Positions 55,135 through 63,564 of a DNA stretch of 64,000 nt are shown here, one piece after another (positions within the stretch are counted from its first letter, which is position 1; each line of letters begins with the position of its first letter). A program made the translations under genes and the position numbers. Under the pieces are notes generated by a model. That model was not told where the DNA came from. It saw nothing but the letters and a program-made list of their open reading frames with translations, and searched no databases. Origin of the DNA: a virus. The DNA is taken from the IMG/VR virus record IMGVR_UViG_3300009790_002068, positions 1 to 64,000 of that record. One strand, written 5' to 3'.

Positions 55135-55737
55135 TTATTTATCTGATTTTGGCTTTCTAAATACAATCATATTGTGGTATTGTTTCTCGCCCTCAGGCGT
55201 TGTTAAACTGTGAACAGGCTGGATTGTAACAACTTCTAAGTCTTTTTGTGAACTCCAACCACCATCAAAGAACCAATCACCATCGTGTTTAGTCATGCTA
55301 CAATAAAGCAACCCATCATCAGTTAAACTATCAGCTATATTCTTTGAAGCACTAGCATCAACGTGGCCTTTTGTTAATACACCAATAGCTGTTATACATT
55401 TGTACTTTTTAGGAAGTGGTGCTTTAGTTATATCGTGTATTTGTGTTGATCTATAATTTTGTGCTATAAATCTATCAAGCATTGGTTGATTAATATCGTA
55501 CCCGTCTAATAGGTAAAGTCCTTGATTTATAGCAAATCCTACTTGTCCGTTACCACAGCCAATGTCAGCTACTTCTGTACCGTGTGGAAAGTTATTAATA
55601 ATCCATTCAGATGCTAATGTATGGCACTTCCAACCTAGTTCTTCAATCACTTGTTCGTTATAGTTTACCCAGTTATCGTATAACTCGCTGTTGGTTTTAC
55701 CATATACTTCATCTAACCATTTTTCATTATCACTCAT
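55135..55737 (-). CDS. class I SAM-dependent methyltransferase
   Basis: VADIGCGNG, GYDIN..ML, GVLT.GHV. Confidence 0.88.
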   Translation of the reverse strand: MSDNEKWLDEVYGKTNSELYDNWVNYNEQVIEELGWKCHTLASEWIINNFPHGTEVADIGCGNGQVGFAINQGLYLLDGYDINQPMLDRFIAQNYRSTQIHDITKAPLPKKYKCITAIGVLTKGHVDASASKNIADSLTDDGLLYCSMTKHDGDWFFDGGWSSQKDLEVVTIQPVHSLTTPEGEKQYHNMIVFRKPKSDK

Positions 55738-56419
55738 AATATCTAACCATTTTGTTAAGGGCTTGTCTTTGTGTTCTATACTTATTGATTATATTCTTAG
55801 TATCTTCATACCCAATACTCATACCACATAATACTATTTTATCTTTGTACTCAGGTAGTTCTTGTCTTACAATATCAGCATATTCTCCTAACGAACCCTG
55901 TGGGCAGGTTGCTAATCCTTTTTCTGTTGCTAATAGCATAATAGATTGTAAAAACATTCCATAATCTACATACGAACCTTTTCCTAGTTCTTTGTCAATA
56001 AAAAATAACAGCATAGCTGGAGCATCAAAGGCTCTATAATTTTTAGCATATAACAAACTTTTACGCTCTGTCATTTCTCTAGTAATACCTAGTTGGTTAT
56101 ATAAAGCTAACCCACAAGCCTTTCTATTTTCTTTATATGAGCCAAACCATTCTGTTTCTTTTTCACTGTTTTTATATTGAGGATAATATTCATAGTCCAT
56201 AGCAGGTTCTATACCAGAACGAAATGCTTCTTCTAACTTGCTACACAAATTCTTTTTTGCTTCACCTGTTAATACTGCTATTTGCCAAGGTTGATGATTA
56301 TCTCCACTAGGTGCCTTTTTGGCTTGTTCTAAAATAGAGTTTATAATATCAATTGAAACTGGATTCTTTAAAAAAGCTCTAGTTGACTTACGTTTTTCTA
56401 AAGCGTCACTAACGATCAT
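55730..56419 (-). CDS. nitroreductase family protein
   Basis: RKSTRAF, APSG.N.QPW, FDAP, D.GMFLQ.IML.A...GL.TC, IGY. Confidence 0.92.
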   Translation of the reverse strand: MIVSDALEKRKSTRAFLKNPVSIDIINSILEQAKKAPSGDNHQPWQIAVLTGEAKKNLCSKLEEAFRSGIEPAMDYEYYPQYKNSEKETEWFGSYKENRKACGLALYNQLGITREMTERKSLLYAKNYRAFDAPAMLLFFIDKELGKGSYVDYGMFLQSIMLLATEKGLATCPQGSLGEYADIVRQELPEYKDKIVLCGMSIGYEDTKNIINKYRTQRQALNKMVRYYE

Positions 56420-57834
56420 ACCCTTGAATGATCCTTTATAGTAACTTTACCTATAATATGAGGAGGGCTACTAGCTTGGACAATGTCTGGTAGTTTACTT
56501 TTTTGTAATTTGTTTGGTCCTGAAAAATATAACTGCTCTGTAACGTGATATATGTCATGGGGTCTTTTAGATTCTTGAGCTTCTTCTATGTAATGTTTAG
56601 CAACTTCATTTATGTTTGCTGTTCCTGTATAAATCAAGTGATGTATTTCACCTTTTTCACAACTAGCAACATTTTCAACTCCCTCAACTTCAAGTGCCAA
56701 TGCTTCAACTAGTCTTGTAAAAATTTTAACACCACCTTTCATAAAAATAACGTCATCAAATGCTCTACCCTGGAAATACCACATACCATTTTTGTTTTCA
56801 AATTTGTCACCATCTGTGTGCCAGTCTAGTGTTCCGTATTTGTACCAAAGAATACCTCTTTCGTCTAGTTTAAGCTCACCGTTATATATTCTGTGTTTAA
56901 ATCCATAAAAGTTTTCTGTCGGATCACCTCGTCTATACTCTGCCCTTGAATGACAATCTGCTTCTGTACTTGCCATCATATTGTATATTACTTTAAACTT
57001 AAATTTCTGCTCAATAGACTTAAGAACTACTTCAGGTGTATGACCTCCCGAACATTCCCAATAGTCAATTGTCCAATTAAAATCATCTGGGCAAGAGTCT
57101 ACTATCTTTTTAATAGCATTTGGATAAGAAATACAACAATTAGGTTTTGCTTTTTGTATTTCTCCTGGTATATCATCACCGTAGTTTAAGAAATGTAAAC
57201 TACCACCTATATAATACATTCTAAGTAAATTATAAGGATTGTAAGTTGATGTAAATCCGTGTGTACAAAGTACTTTAGGTCTTTCTGTTCCTTTATTAAA
57301 CTCTGGTGCAACAGCAAACAAATGATTTGTGGAGGCGTGTGCTGTACAGCCTAATAATGTTTCACCGTTTACAATAGCATTTTCATGATCTTCGTAATCC
57401 CAAAAGAAAGGATACATTTCAAAAATTTCTTTAACAGTAGTTCCGCTTGTTTGGCCTCTGAATATTTCTAATGGGTGTAAAATTGTTGGTCCTGTTTCAG
57501 CAGGATCAGTTAACATTTCTATTTTGTTTGAACGTATAATACAAGTTGGTTTACAAGTAGCAATTAAACTATCTAATTCTAATTTAGATTGTCTAGCTTC
57601 TGCGTTTGTTGCCGAGCCACCATTTTTAATACTAGCTAATACCCACAGATAGTCGTCTATTGTAACTTGGTCTTCTGTTAAGATAAAAACAACGTGCTGG
57701 CCAATGCCATGTTCTTTTAACTTTTCTACTTTAGCGTCTAAATTGGCGTGAAGTTCGCCCCACGTAATTTGTTCTGTTGATGAACTTAAAAATACTTGAT
57801 TGCTATCTAATGGTTCTTGATATTGCTTTAACAT
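56416..57834 (-). CDS. AMP-binding (ANL/adenylation) enzyme
   Basis: TSGTT, ASTE, TDGD, GR..D.....G.K, C-terminal NKLQK. Confidence 0.78.
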   Translation of the reverse strand: MLKQYQEPLDSNQVFLSSSTEQITWGELHANLDAKVEKLKEHGIGQHVVFILTEDQVTIDDYLWVLASIKNGGSATNAEARQSKLELDSLIATCKPTCIIRSNKIEMLTDPAETGPTILHPLEIFRGQTSGTTVKEIFEMYPFFWDYEDHENAIVNGETLLGCTAHASTNHLFAVAPEFNKGTERPKVLCTHGFTSTYNPYNLLRMYYIGGSLHFLNYGDDIPGEIQKAKPNCCISYPNAIKKIVDSCPDDFNWTIDYWECSGGHTPEVVLKSIEQKFKFKVIYNMMASTEADCHSRAEYRRGDPTENFYGFKHRIYNGELKLDERGILWYKYGTLDWHTDGDKFENKNGMWYFQGRAFDDVIFMKGGVKIFTRLVEALALEVEGVENVASCEKGEIHHLIYTGTANINEVAKHYIEEAQESKRPHDIYHVTEQLYFSGPNKLQKSKLPDIVQASSPPHIIGKVTIKDHSRV

Positions 57835-57846
57835 AATATTACTTAT

Positions 57847-58662
57847 TTAACTGTAATCAAAGACCTTAGTATAATCGAATGCTACACGCCAAAGCAACCG
57901 TGATTTATTCACTACTGGCGAACGTCTGTGTAACGTAGATAACTGATCCATGATTAAGATATCTCCTTTTTTAAATACAAAATGTTTTTGATAAATTGAT
58001 CTATCTAATGTAGCTTTGAGTTTTTCTTTAATTTCTTCTACATCAGTAGGCTCGCCATCTTTCCATGCTTTTTCTATTAATGGTGGTTGCCAGTATAAGA
58101 ATTTTTTGCCATCTACTGGGTGGCTATTTACTACAGGCATTCTGTCATCACCTTCATGACGATCCATTTGTACATATTCATCTAAGCTACCTTCTGCTTG
58201 TGGCTGTGCTTCACCATATATACCTGTACCTAAATTGTTTAGCTGTATATCAATAGTACTCCAATAATCTTTTTCACGAGAATCAAGGTCATCATATGCT
58301 TGTTTACAATTTAATATACTGAATACTGTATCAACACATTCGTTTTCACAATATAAAGCTATTAGTATTTCTTTAAACTCACCAATATGAAATACTGTAC
58401 CATTACTATGCCAATGTAAATCACTGTGTCCAAAAAGTCCTGTAGGTCCCGGTGTTACTCTAGTTACATCTGGATTTTCTTTAGGATTAAAAGCCATATA
58501 CCCTAGCTTATCGTCATCTGTATTACCTATACGTCTACAATAATCTACAACCTCAAACTGATCCATATCTTGTTCATGATGTAATGTATAACCATCATCT
58601 AGAATCTTTTGTGCTTCTTGTTTTATTTGGGTATCTGTGAAATTTTTTACTTGAATAGTCAT
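57847..58662 (-). CDS. TauD/TfdA-family Fe(II)/2OG dioxygenase
   Basis: WHSN (HxD-like), HP..G, GD..I.D...TLHRR, RLLWR. Confidence 0.82.
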   Translation of the reverse strand: MTIQVKNFTDTQIKQEAQKILDDGYTLHHEQDMDQFEVVDYCRRIGNTDDDKLGYMAFNPKENPDVTRVTPGPTGLFGHSDLHWHSNGTVFHIGEFKEILIALYCENECVDTVFSILNCKQAYDDLDSREKDYWSTIDIQLNNLGTGIYGEAQPQAEGSLDEYVQMDRHEGDDRMPVVNSHPVDGKKFLYWQPPLIEKAWKDGEPTDVEEIKEKLKATLDRSIYQKHFVFKKGDILIMDQLSTLHRRSPVVNKSRLLWRVAFDYTKVFDYS

Positions 58663-58680
58663 CTATATTACTTTTCTTTT

Positions 58681-58756
58681 TGGTGGAGGATAGCAGGATC
58701 GAACTGCTGACCTCCTGAATGCAAATCAGGCGCTCTCCCGGCTGAGCTAATCCCCC
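58681..58756 (-). tRNA. tRNA-Ala(TGC)
   Basis: GGGGGAT acceptor with G3:U70, CCTGA-TTTGCAT-TCAGG, GTTCGA, encoded CCA. Confidence 0.95.
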
Positions 58757-58840
58757 ATAGGATTATAATGATATTTATTTTTTGATCAGAAGCTAACCGT
58801 GGCTTCTGGCGTGTGTATTAGGTCACAACCCCATTGAGTA

Positions 58841-59218
58841 CTAATTGTCTAGTTTTATTTCTGTAAGATCGTTCTCACGGTCAATAAACTTGTACTCTAA
58901 TTTCGTAGGTTCAAACTGTTTTAGTTCTTCAAATATGACTTCAGGATTTAGCTCTGAACAAGTGTATACGTCTAACTGTAACAATCCTGGGTCCATTTCG
59001 TCCCAACAATGTAGAGCTATATGACTTGTTTCAATGATAACTAAACCAGTGAGTCCTTTATTGCCTGGCATATCCACATACGTTGTGATGGGGCCTTGGC
59101 ATATTTTCATCTCTATTTTTTGAACTAGTTCAGTTAACCATCTATGACACCAACTTTGAGATTTAGGAGTCTTTTTAGTCTCCGCTCTAATAATTAAGTG
59201 TTTGTGCCTACTAGTCAT
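58841..59218 (-). CDS. speD: S-adenosylmethionine decarboxylase proenzyme
   Basis: HKHLII, IETSHI.LH.W, LDVYTCS. Confidence 0.85.
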   Translation of the reverse strand: MTSRHKHLIIRAETKKTPKSQSWCHRWLTELVQKIEMKICQGPITTYVDMPGNKGLTGLVIIETSHIALHCWDEMDPGLLQLDVYTCSELNPEVIFEELKQFEPTKLEYKFIDRENDLTEIKLDN

Positions 59219-59243
59219 ATTACCCTTTGGCTTTACTTATACT

Positions 59244-59459
59244 TTACTGGAAGAATCTCTTTAGAACGTCAATTCTGTCCATGTGTGTTGCTATAATATC
59301 TAATTCTTTTTGTACTGTTTCTAAAATATCTGAATGCTCTCCAATGCCTACTGTCTTTGATAGATATACTTCTACGTTAGTTTTATGTAGAGCAATTTCA
59401 CCTTCAGCATGAGCGATCAATCCAGCTACAATTTTCTCTCTCATTTCTATTTCTGACAT
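59244..59459 (-). CDS. small hypothetical phage protein
   Basis: GAGG RBS before ATG 59459; H..NVEVYL...VGIGEH.DI.E. Confidence 0.7.
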   Translation of the reverse strand: MSEIEMREKIVAGLIAHAEGEIALHKTNVEVYLSKTVGIGEHSDILETVQKELDIIATHMDRIDVLKRFFQ

Positions 59460-59475
59460 ATTCCCTCTCCTATAA

Positions 59476-59551
59476 TGGTGCCGCTTCACGGATTCGAACC
59501 GCGCACCTACTGATTACAAATCAGTTGCTCTACCAAATGAGCTAAAGCGGC
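59476..59551 (-). tRNA. tRNA-Thr(TGT)
   Basis: GCCGCTT/AAGCGGC acceptor, ACTGA-TTTGTAA-TCAGT, GGTTCGAATCC, encoded CCA. Confidence 0.95.
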
Positions 59552-59572
59552 CTTCATTACTTACTTATTAAG

Positions 59573-60139
59573 CTAAATTAATTCCTTTAAAATGTCTGGT
59601 AGACTTTTATCTATTTTAGCAATCCAAGTATCAATACTATAGCATTCATTTTCTCTTTTGTCAAGAGTTCTTTTGTCAGCATATTTAAAATCAAAGGCTT
59701 TTATTTTGCCATTCTCATTGCCACATATATTAGCCATAGCATTATTAAATTTGTATACATTTTTTTCCTTAAAAAACAAAAAGAGGTCGGTTATTTGCTC
59801 TTTTATATTGGGGAAGTGGGTATGTAATGTACCATTCGAATAGTATTCAAGCAACGTAGGGCCACCATATTCTTGTATACAGTAGAATCCTTCTTCGTCT
59901 TTTAGCTTACCATGTTCATATAACCTTACTACTTTGTCAGACTGTAAACGATATAACCATTTACACTCATTAGTATACATAGTTTCTATTTCTTTTATGT
60001 CTTGGAATAATGGAGGTTTGTTTTTAATTGTTATTCCTGTTGGCTTGTATATTTTTTTAACTAGTTTAGCTTCTTCGTCTATCCAAACTTCTGCTAGAGA
60101 TCCTCTAGAACTATTGTCGTTAAGATATAGCTGGTACAC
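59573..60139 (-). CDS. protein-kinase-like fold protein
   Basis: RGSLAEV, VKK.Y, NE...L..L, EY.G, N.....KAFDF; no canonical HxD. Confidence 0.6.
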   Translation of the reverse strand: MYQLYLNDNSSRGSLAEVWIDEEAKLVKKIYKPTGITIKNKPPLFQDIKEIETMYTNECKWLYRLQSDKVVRLYEHGKLKDEEGFYCIQEYGGPTLLEYYSNGTLHTHFPNIKEQITDLFLFFKEKNVYKFNNAMANICGNENGKIKAFDFKYADKRTLDKRENECYSIDTWIAKIDKSLPDILKELI

Positions 60140-60818
60140 TTTTTACCTCTCTATAATACTCTAACAATAGTAATTCAGCTTTAATAGTTTTGCTTTCGTC
60201 GAAGTCTTTACCAAGATGTTTTCTAAACCAATCTATAATTTCGTTTGTCTTTTTATTAACTAGCATATTACAAAAATCTACACTTATTTCACACTCTGCT
60301 GTATTCCAACTATCAAGATGTTTATCCCAATCATTATTTGGATAAAATTTCTCTGCTCTATTACGTTGATACTCACAACTCTCCCACGTTTTAGATTGTA
60401 ATACTATTCTTTTAATATTTTTATGTACTGTCTGCCAAGGTATTTCGTTCCAGCTATGTAAATGATAAACTATCCTGTTGTTCTCTACAGGTGAATTCCA
60501 AGTAGGATAAAATTCTGTATTGTTACCACACCAAAACAATTCCATTTGCCTACAAGCTAATAATGTTGTTCCTAAGAATTCAAAGAAAGTATTGTAGTCT
60601 TGATCTTTAGGTTTATTTTGTTCTAGAAAAAAGTTTACAATACGTTTAGGCAACATTGTATCATAATAAACTTCTCCGTTTTCTCTCATAGTTCTTTCAT
60701 CATCATAGTTTTGGTGCTTATCTAACTCACACCAAAGTCGAGAAAAAAACTGGCCACTAGAGCCAGGTATGTAATCTATTATTACTAGTTCATTGTTATC
60801 TAAAAATTTATATTCCAT
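60120..60818 (-). CDS. hypothetical protein (possible sulfotransferase-like)
   Basis: IDYIPGSSGQF N-terminal loop. Confidence 0.5.
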   Translation of the reverse strand: MEYKFLDNNELVIIDYIPGSSGQFFSRLWCELDKHQNYDDERTMRENGEVYYDTMLPKRIVNFFLEQNKPKDQDYNTFFEFLGTTLLACRQMELFWCGNNTEFYPTWNSPVENNRIVYHLHSWNEIPWQTVHKNIKRIVLQSKTWESCEYQRNRAEKFYPNNDWDKHLDSWNTAECEISVDFCNMLVNKKTNEIIDWFRKHLGKDFDESKTIKAELLLLEYYREVKSVPAIS

Positions 60819-61968
60819 GCTCTAAATATTCCATATACAATTCTACATCTTCATCTAAGTCTTGTATATTAACTCCTCTTATTGTATTACATTGTTTGAT
60901 CCAGCCTAAGGTTTTTCTGAGTTTTCTTTCTTCATCTTCTTGTGTATAATTTGTAAGTGAACTAACAAACGATAACTTATCTTCATGGGTACAAAACTCT
61001 GAAATGTCTAACTCTTTAATTTCGCTTATAGTATCTCTTAATAACTCGTGTGGTATATTTTTAATAGAACAGTAGTCAGGTCCGTGTACAAAATTATTAA
61101 GTTTAATCTTTGTTTTACTACCCCATTCCTTTGATAATAACCATCTTAACAAGTTTGGTATTTGCCAAACATTAAACACACTAAACACAGGCATTATTAT
61201 AAGCTGAATACCGGCGTCTTTTAGCTTCATTAAGTTATCTTCTACAGTATTAAAGTTATAGTTCCTAATGTAACTATACATAGGTCCTACAGCGTCAATA
61301 CTAGGGCAAATATGAACGTTTAGCTTCTTAACTACGTCTACAATCGAGTCTGTTATAATCGTACAATTACTAGTCATAGCTACTTCGTTCGGCATATTAT
61401 TTTCAGCCATTTGCTCAAGTAAGTAGACTCCTTCTCTGTTAAAAAATGGCTCTCCGCCAATTAGCTCTATCTTTAACGAGGGATTAATTTTCATCTTACT
61501 TAATAGATCGTCTATAAATGGCCTATCAATTTTAAAGTTTATCTTTAGTAACTCTTTTCTATCAGCAAACATTTCAGGCATTTGCTTATCATACTGTCGC
61601 CAGCCAGTAGAAAAATCACTACCACAAGTAACACAGGCAACATTACATTGATTGCCTAATGCTAACTCTACAAATTTTGGTGATATATTTTTTTTGGTAA
61701 AAAGTTGACTAGCATTGTTTAAGTTATACTTTTCTCTTTTAGATCTATTGCCTAAATCTTCTTGTTCCCAACAAGAACGGCATCCTGGATGTTGTAAATC
61801 TTTATCAAAAGAATCAATAACTTCTTTTCTAAAATCTGATTCCCAATATTCTGAAATAGTTTTGTGATTGCCTGCTTTAGTATTATCAAAAGCACAACAG
61901 GGTATAAGATTACCCATTGAGGATACAGCTACAGCTTCATATGGCATCCTACAAAACTTGGAAGGCAC
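60808..61968 (-). CDS. radical SAM protein with N-terminal SPASM/twitch-like Cys cluster
   Basis: CNVACVTC, GGEPF, TSN, SIDA; PCC and C..CW..E. Confidence 0.88.
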   Translation of the reverse strand: MPSKFCRMPYEAVAVSSMGNLIPCCAFDNTKAGNHKTISEYWESDFRKEVIDSFDKDLQHPGCRSCWEQEDLGNRSKREKYNLNNASQLFTKKNISPKFVELALGNQCNVACVTCGSDFSTGWRQYDKQMPEMFADRKELLKINFKIDRPFIDDLLSKMKINPSLKIELIGGEPFFNREGVYLLEQMAENNMPNEVAMTSNCTIITDSIVDVVKKLNVHICPSIDAVGPMYSYIRNYNFNTVEDNLMKLKDAGIQLIIMPVFSVFNVWQIPNLLRWLLSKEWGSKTKIKLNNFVHGPDYCSIKNIPHELLRDTISEIKELDISEFCTHEDKLSFVSSLTNYTQEDEERKLRKTLGWIKQCNTIRGVNIQDLDEDVELYMEYLEHGI

Positions 61969-61971
61969 AAT

Positions 61972-63156
61972 TTAAACTCCGTAATCTTCTTGTCCACCTT
62001 CACGTTCAATATCTAATGTAATACAATGCCATCCAGCGTCCCAGAAATGTCTGTGTCTGTTTGGTACATGGATCATCTCAATTCCTTGAGCATTAAACTT
62101 TTTCTCAAGTTCGGCATTCTCGGCGTTTACTATTGCTGTCTTTTCATCAAGCATTAATAAGTTTACATCAAATACTGTTTCTTCTACAAATCCTACCCAA
62201 TCTTCTAACCAAGTTTCAACAAAGTCAGTAAACTCGTTGTTATCTTCTTCACCTGGCATCCACCATTTTCCTTCATTATGTCTTTTAATTTCTAAGAAAG
62301 GTCTTACTTGGTTTAAATTACTATCAGGGAGATAAATTTTCTCCCATCCTGGGAACGATTCAGCATAGTGGCCAATATCTTCTGTTGTTAATAATACTCC
62401 TGGCTTTAATACATTGAATACAGCATCATTATGACCTCCGATGAATACTCCTTTGTAATTAAATTGAGGATATGCTAGTTCCATATAATCAGCAATATCT
62501 ACAGCTTGTTGAGTATCACAAAAACAAGTCTTACCTACTCTTGTTAACTCTGGGGCACAAAATCCTGTCATCCTATCTTGTGTATGCTGTTCAGCTTCAA
62601 GCTCTAATAATGTATCAATGTCACTATCTTTAACACCTAGTCTACCTAATCTGTTTCTATGATTAGCTGTAGTTCTAGTAAATTTCTTTTTATCTCTGAC
62701 AATACTCCAATCAAATTTGTCACCAAACCATTTTTCAAAAAGAGGAACCCAAGGTTTAGATTCAAAAGCACTTCCTGTCATTACTACTTGGTTACCCATA
62801 GTAACAAAATCATCACGCGGATTAAGAGGAGGTACAGGAAGCTGATTACGACCTTTTTCGTGTTGACCATGCTTATCGCTACCCATTCCCATTTTGCCTT
62901 CGTCATCTAGGTAGTCCATAATGCTAGTTTTATACCCTAGCTCTTCTGTAGTTGAAGTATAAGTTTTTACGCCTTTATCTTCACATACTTTTTTAAGGTT
63001 GTCAAGGTCTTCAAGTGTTTCACTTGCTATACGTTGGAGGCAGTCTCTGGCTTTAGGGTTCTTTACATCTTCAAAGAACTCTGGAGGGTAAGTAGTGCCA
63101 ATTACTAACTGCTTTAATGGTTGGAATTCACTCCAGGAATTTACATTATTTGTCAT
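61972..63156 (-). CDS. amidinotransferase (glycine/inosamine amidinotransferase family)
   Basis: NSWSEFQPL..L.IG, PRD, HND, GWHCITLD. Confidence 0.85.
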   Translation of the reverse strand: MTNNVNSWSEFQPLKQLVIGTTYPPEFFEDVKNPKARDCLQRIASETLEDLDNLKKVCEDKGVKTYTSTTEELGYKTSIMDYLDDEGKMGMGSDKHGQHEKGRNQLPVPPLNPRDDFVTMGNQVVMTGSAFESKPWVPLFEKWFGDKFDWSIVRDKKKFTRTTANHRNRLGRLGVKDSDIDTLLELEAEQHTQDRMTGFCAPELTRVGKTCFCDTQQAVDIADYMELAYPQFNYKGVFIGGHNDAVFNVLKPGVLLTTEDIGHYAESFPGWEKIYLPDSNLNQVRPFLEIKRHNEGKWWMPGEEDNNEFTDFVETWLEDWVGFVEETVFDVNLLMLDEKTAIVNAENAELEKKFNAQGIEMIHVPNRHRHFWDAGWHCITLDIEREGGQEDYGV

Positions 63157-63508
63157 TTATATTCTCTTTATGTTCATTAATATTATCAGGGAAATCTCTA
63201 TAAAGGAAATGCTGAATTGTTTCAACATCAACTAGTTGGTTAAAGCCAACATGGTCTTTTTCTATGTTCTTTTCATTTGTTACTACACTTGACATAGCAT
63301 TATCTAACTGTGTCATGTTTTTAAACTCCATATCAATACGGAATTCTGGTAAATCCATACTTCTAAAACCTAGCTTCATTCTTGTAATTCTATAAGTTTC
63401 CATTCTACCTAGTTCAACCATATGATCTAGGAACTTACTCATATTTTTTACGAAGGCAAAAGCATTAGTGTCTTCAGTATGATCAGCGTAAATTGTATAA
63501 ATGTCCAT
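63146..63508 (-). CDS. hypothetical protein (DUF6614-like)
   Basis: AGGAGG RBS; YRITR.KLGF, PEF.I.MEF, LYRDFPD. Confidence 0.65.
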   Translation of the reverse strand: MDIYTIYADHTEDTNAFAFVKNMSKFLDHMVELGRMETYRITRMKLGFRSMDLPEFRIDMEFKNMTQLDNAMSSVVTNEKNIEKDHVGFNQLVDVETIQHFLYRDFPDNINEHKENINDK

Positions 63509-63564
63509 CCAGGACCTCCTTTTATATAAATAATTATCATAGCATATAACTCGAAAGTTAATTC

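Noticed and set aside
58784-58840. SAM-II/SAM-V riboswitch next to speD
   Set aside because: The element is downstream of speD, not in its leader, and does not match the SAM-II/V consensus as I recall it
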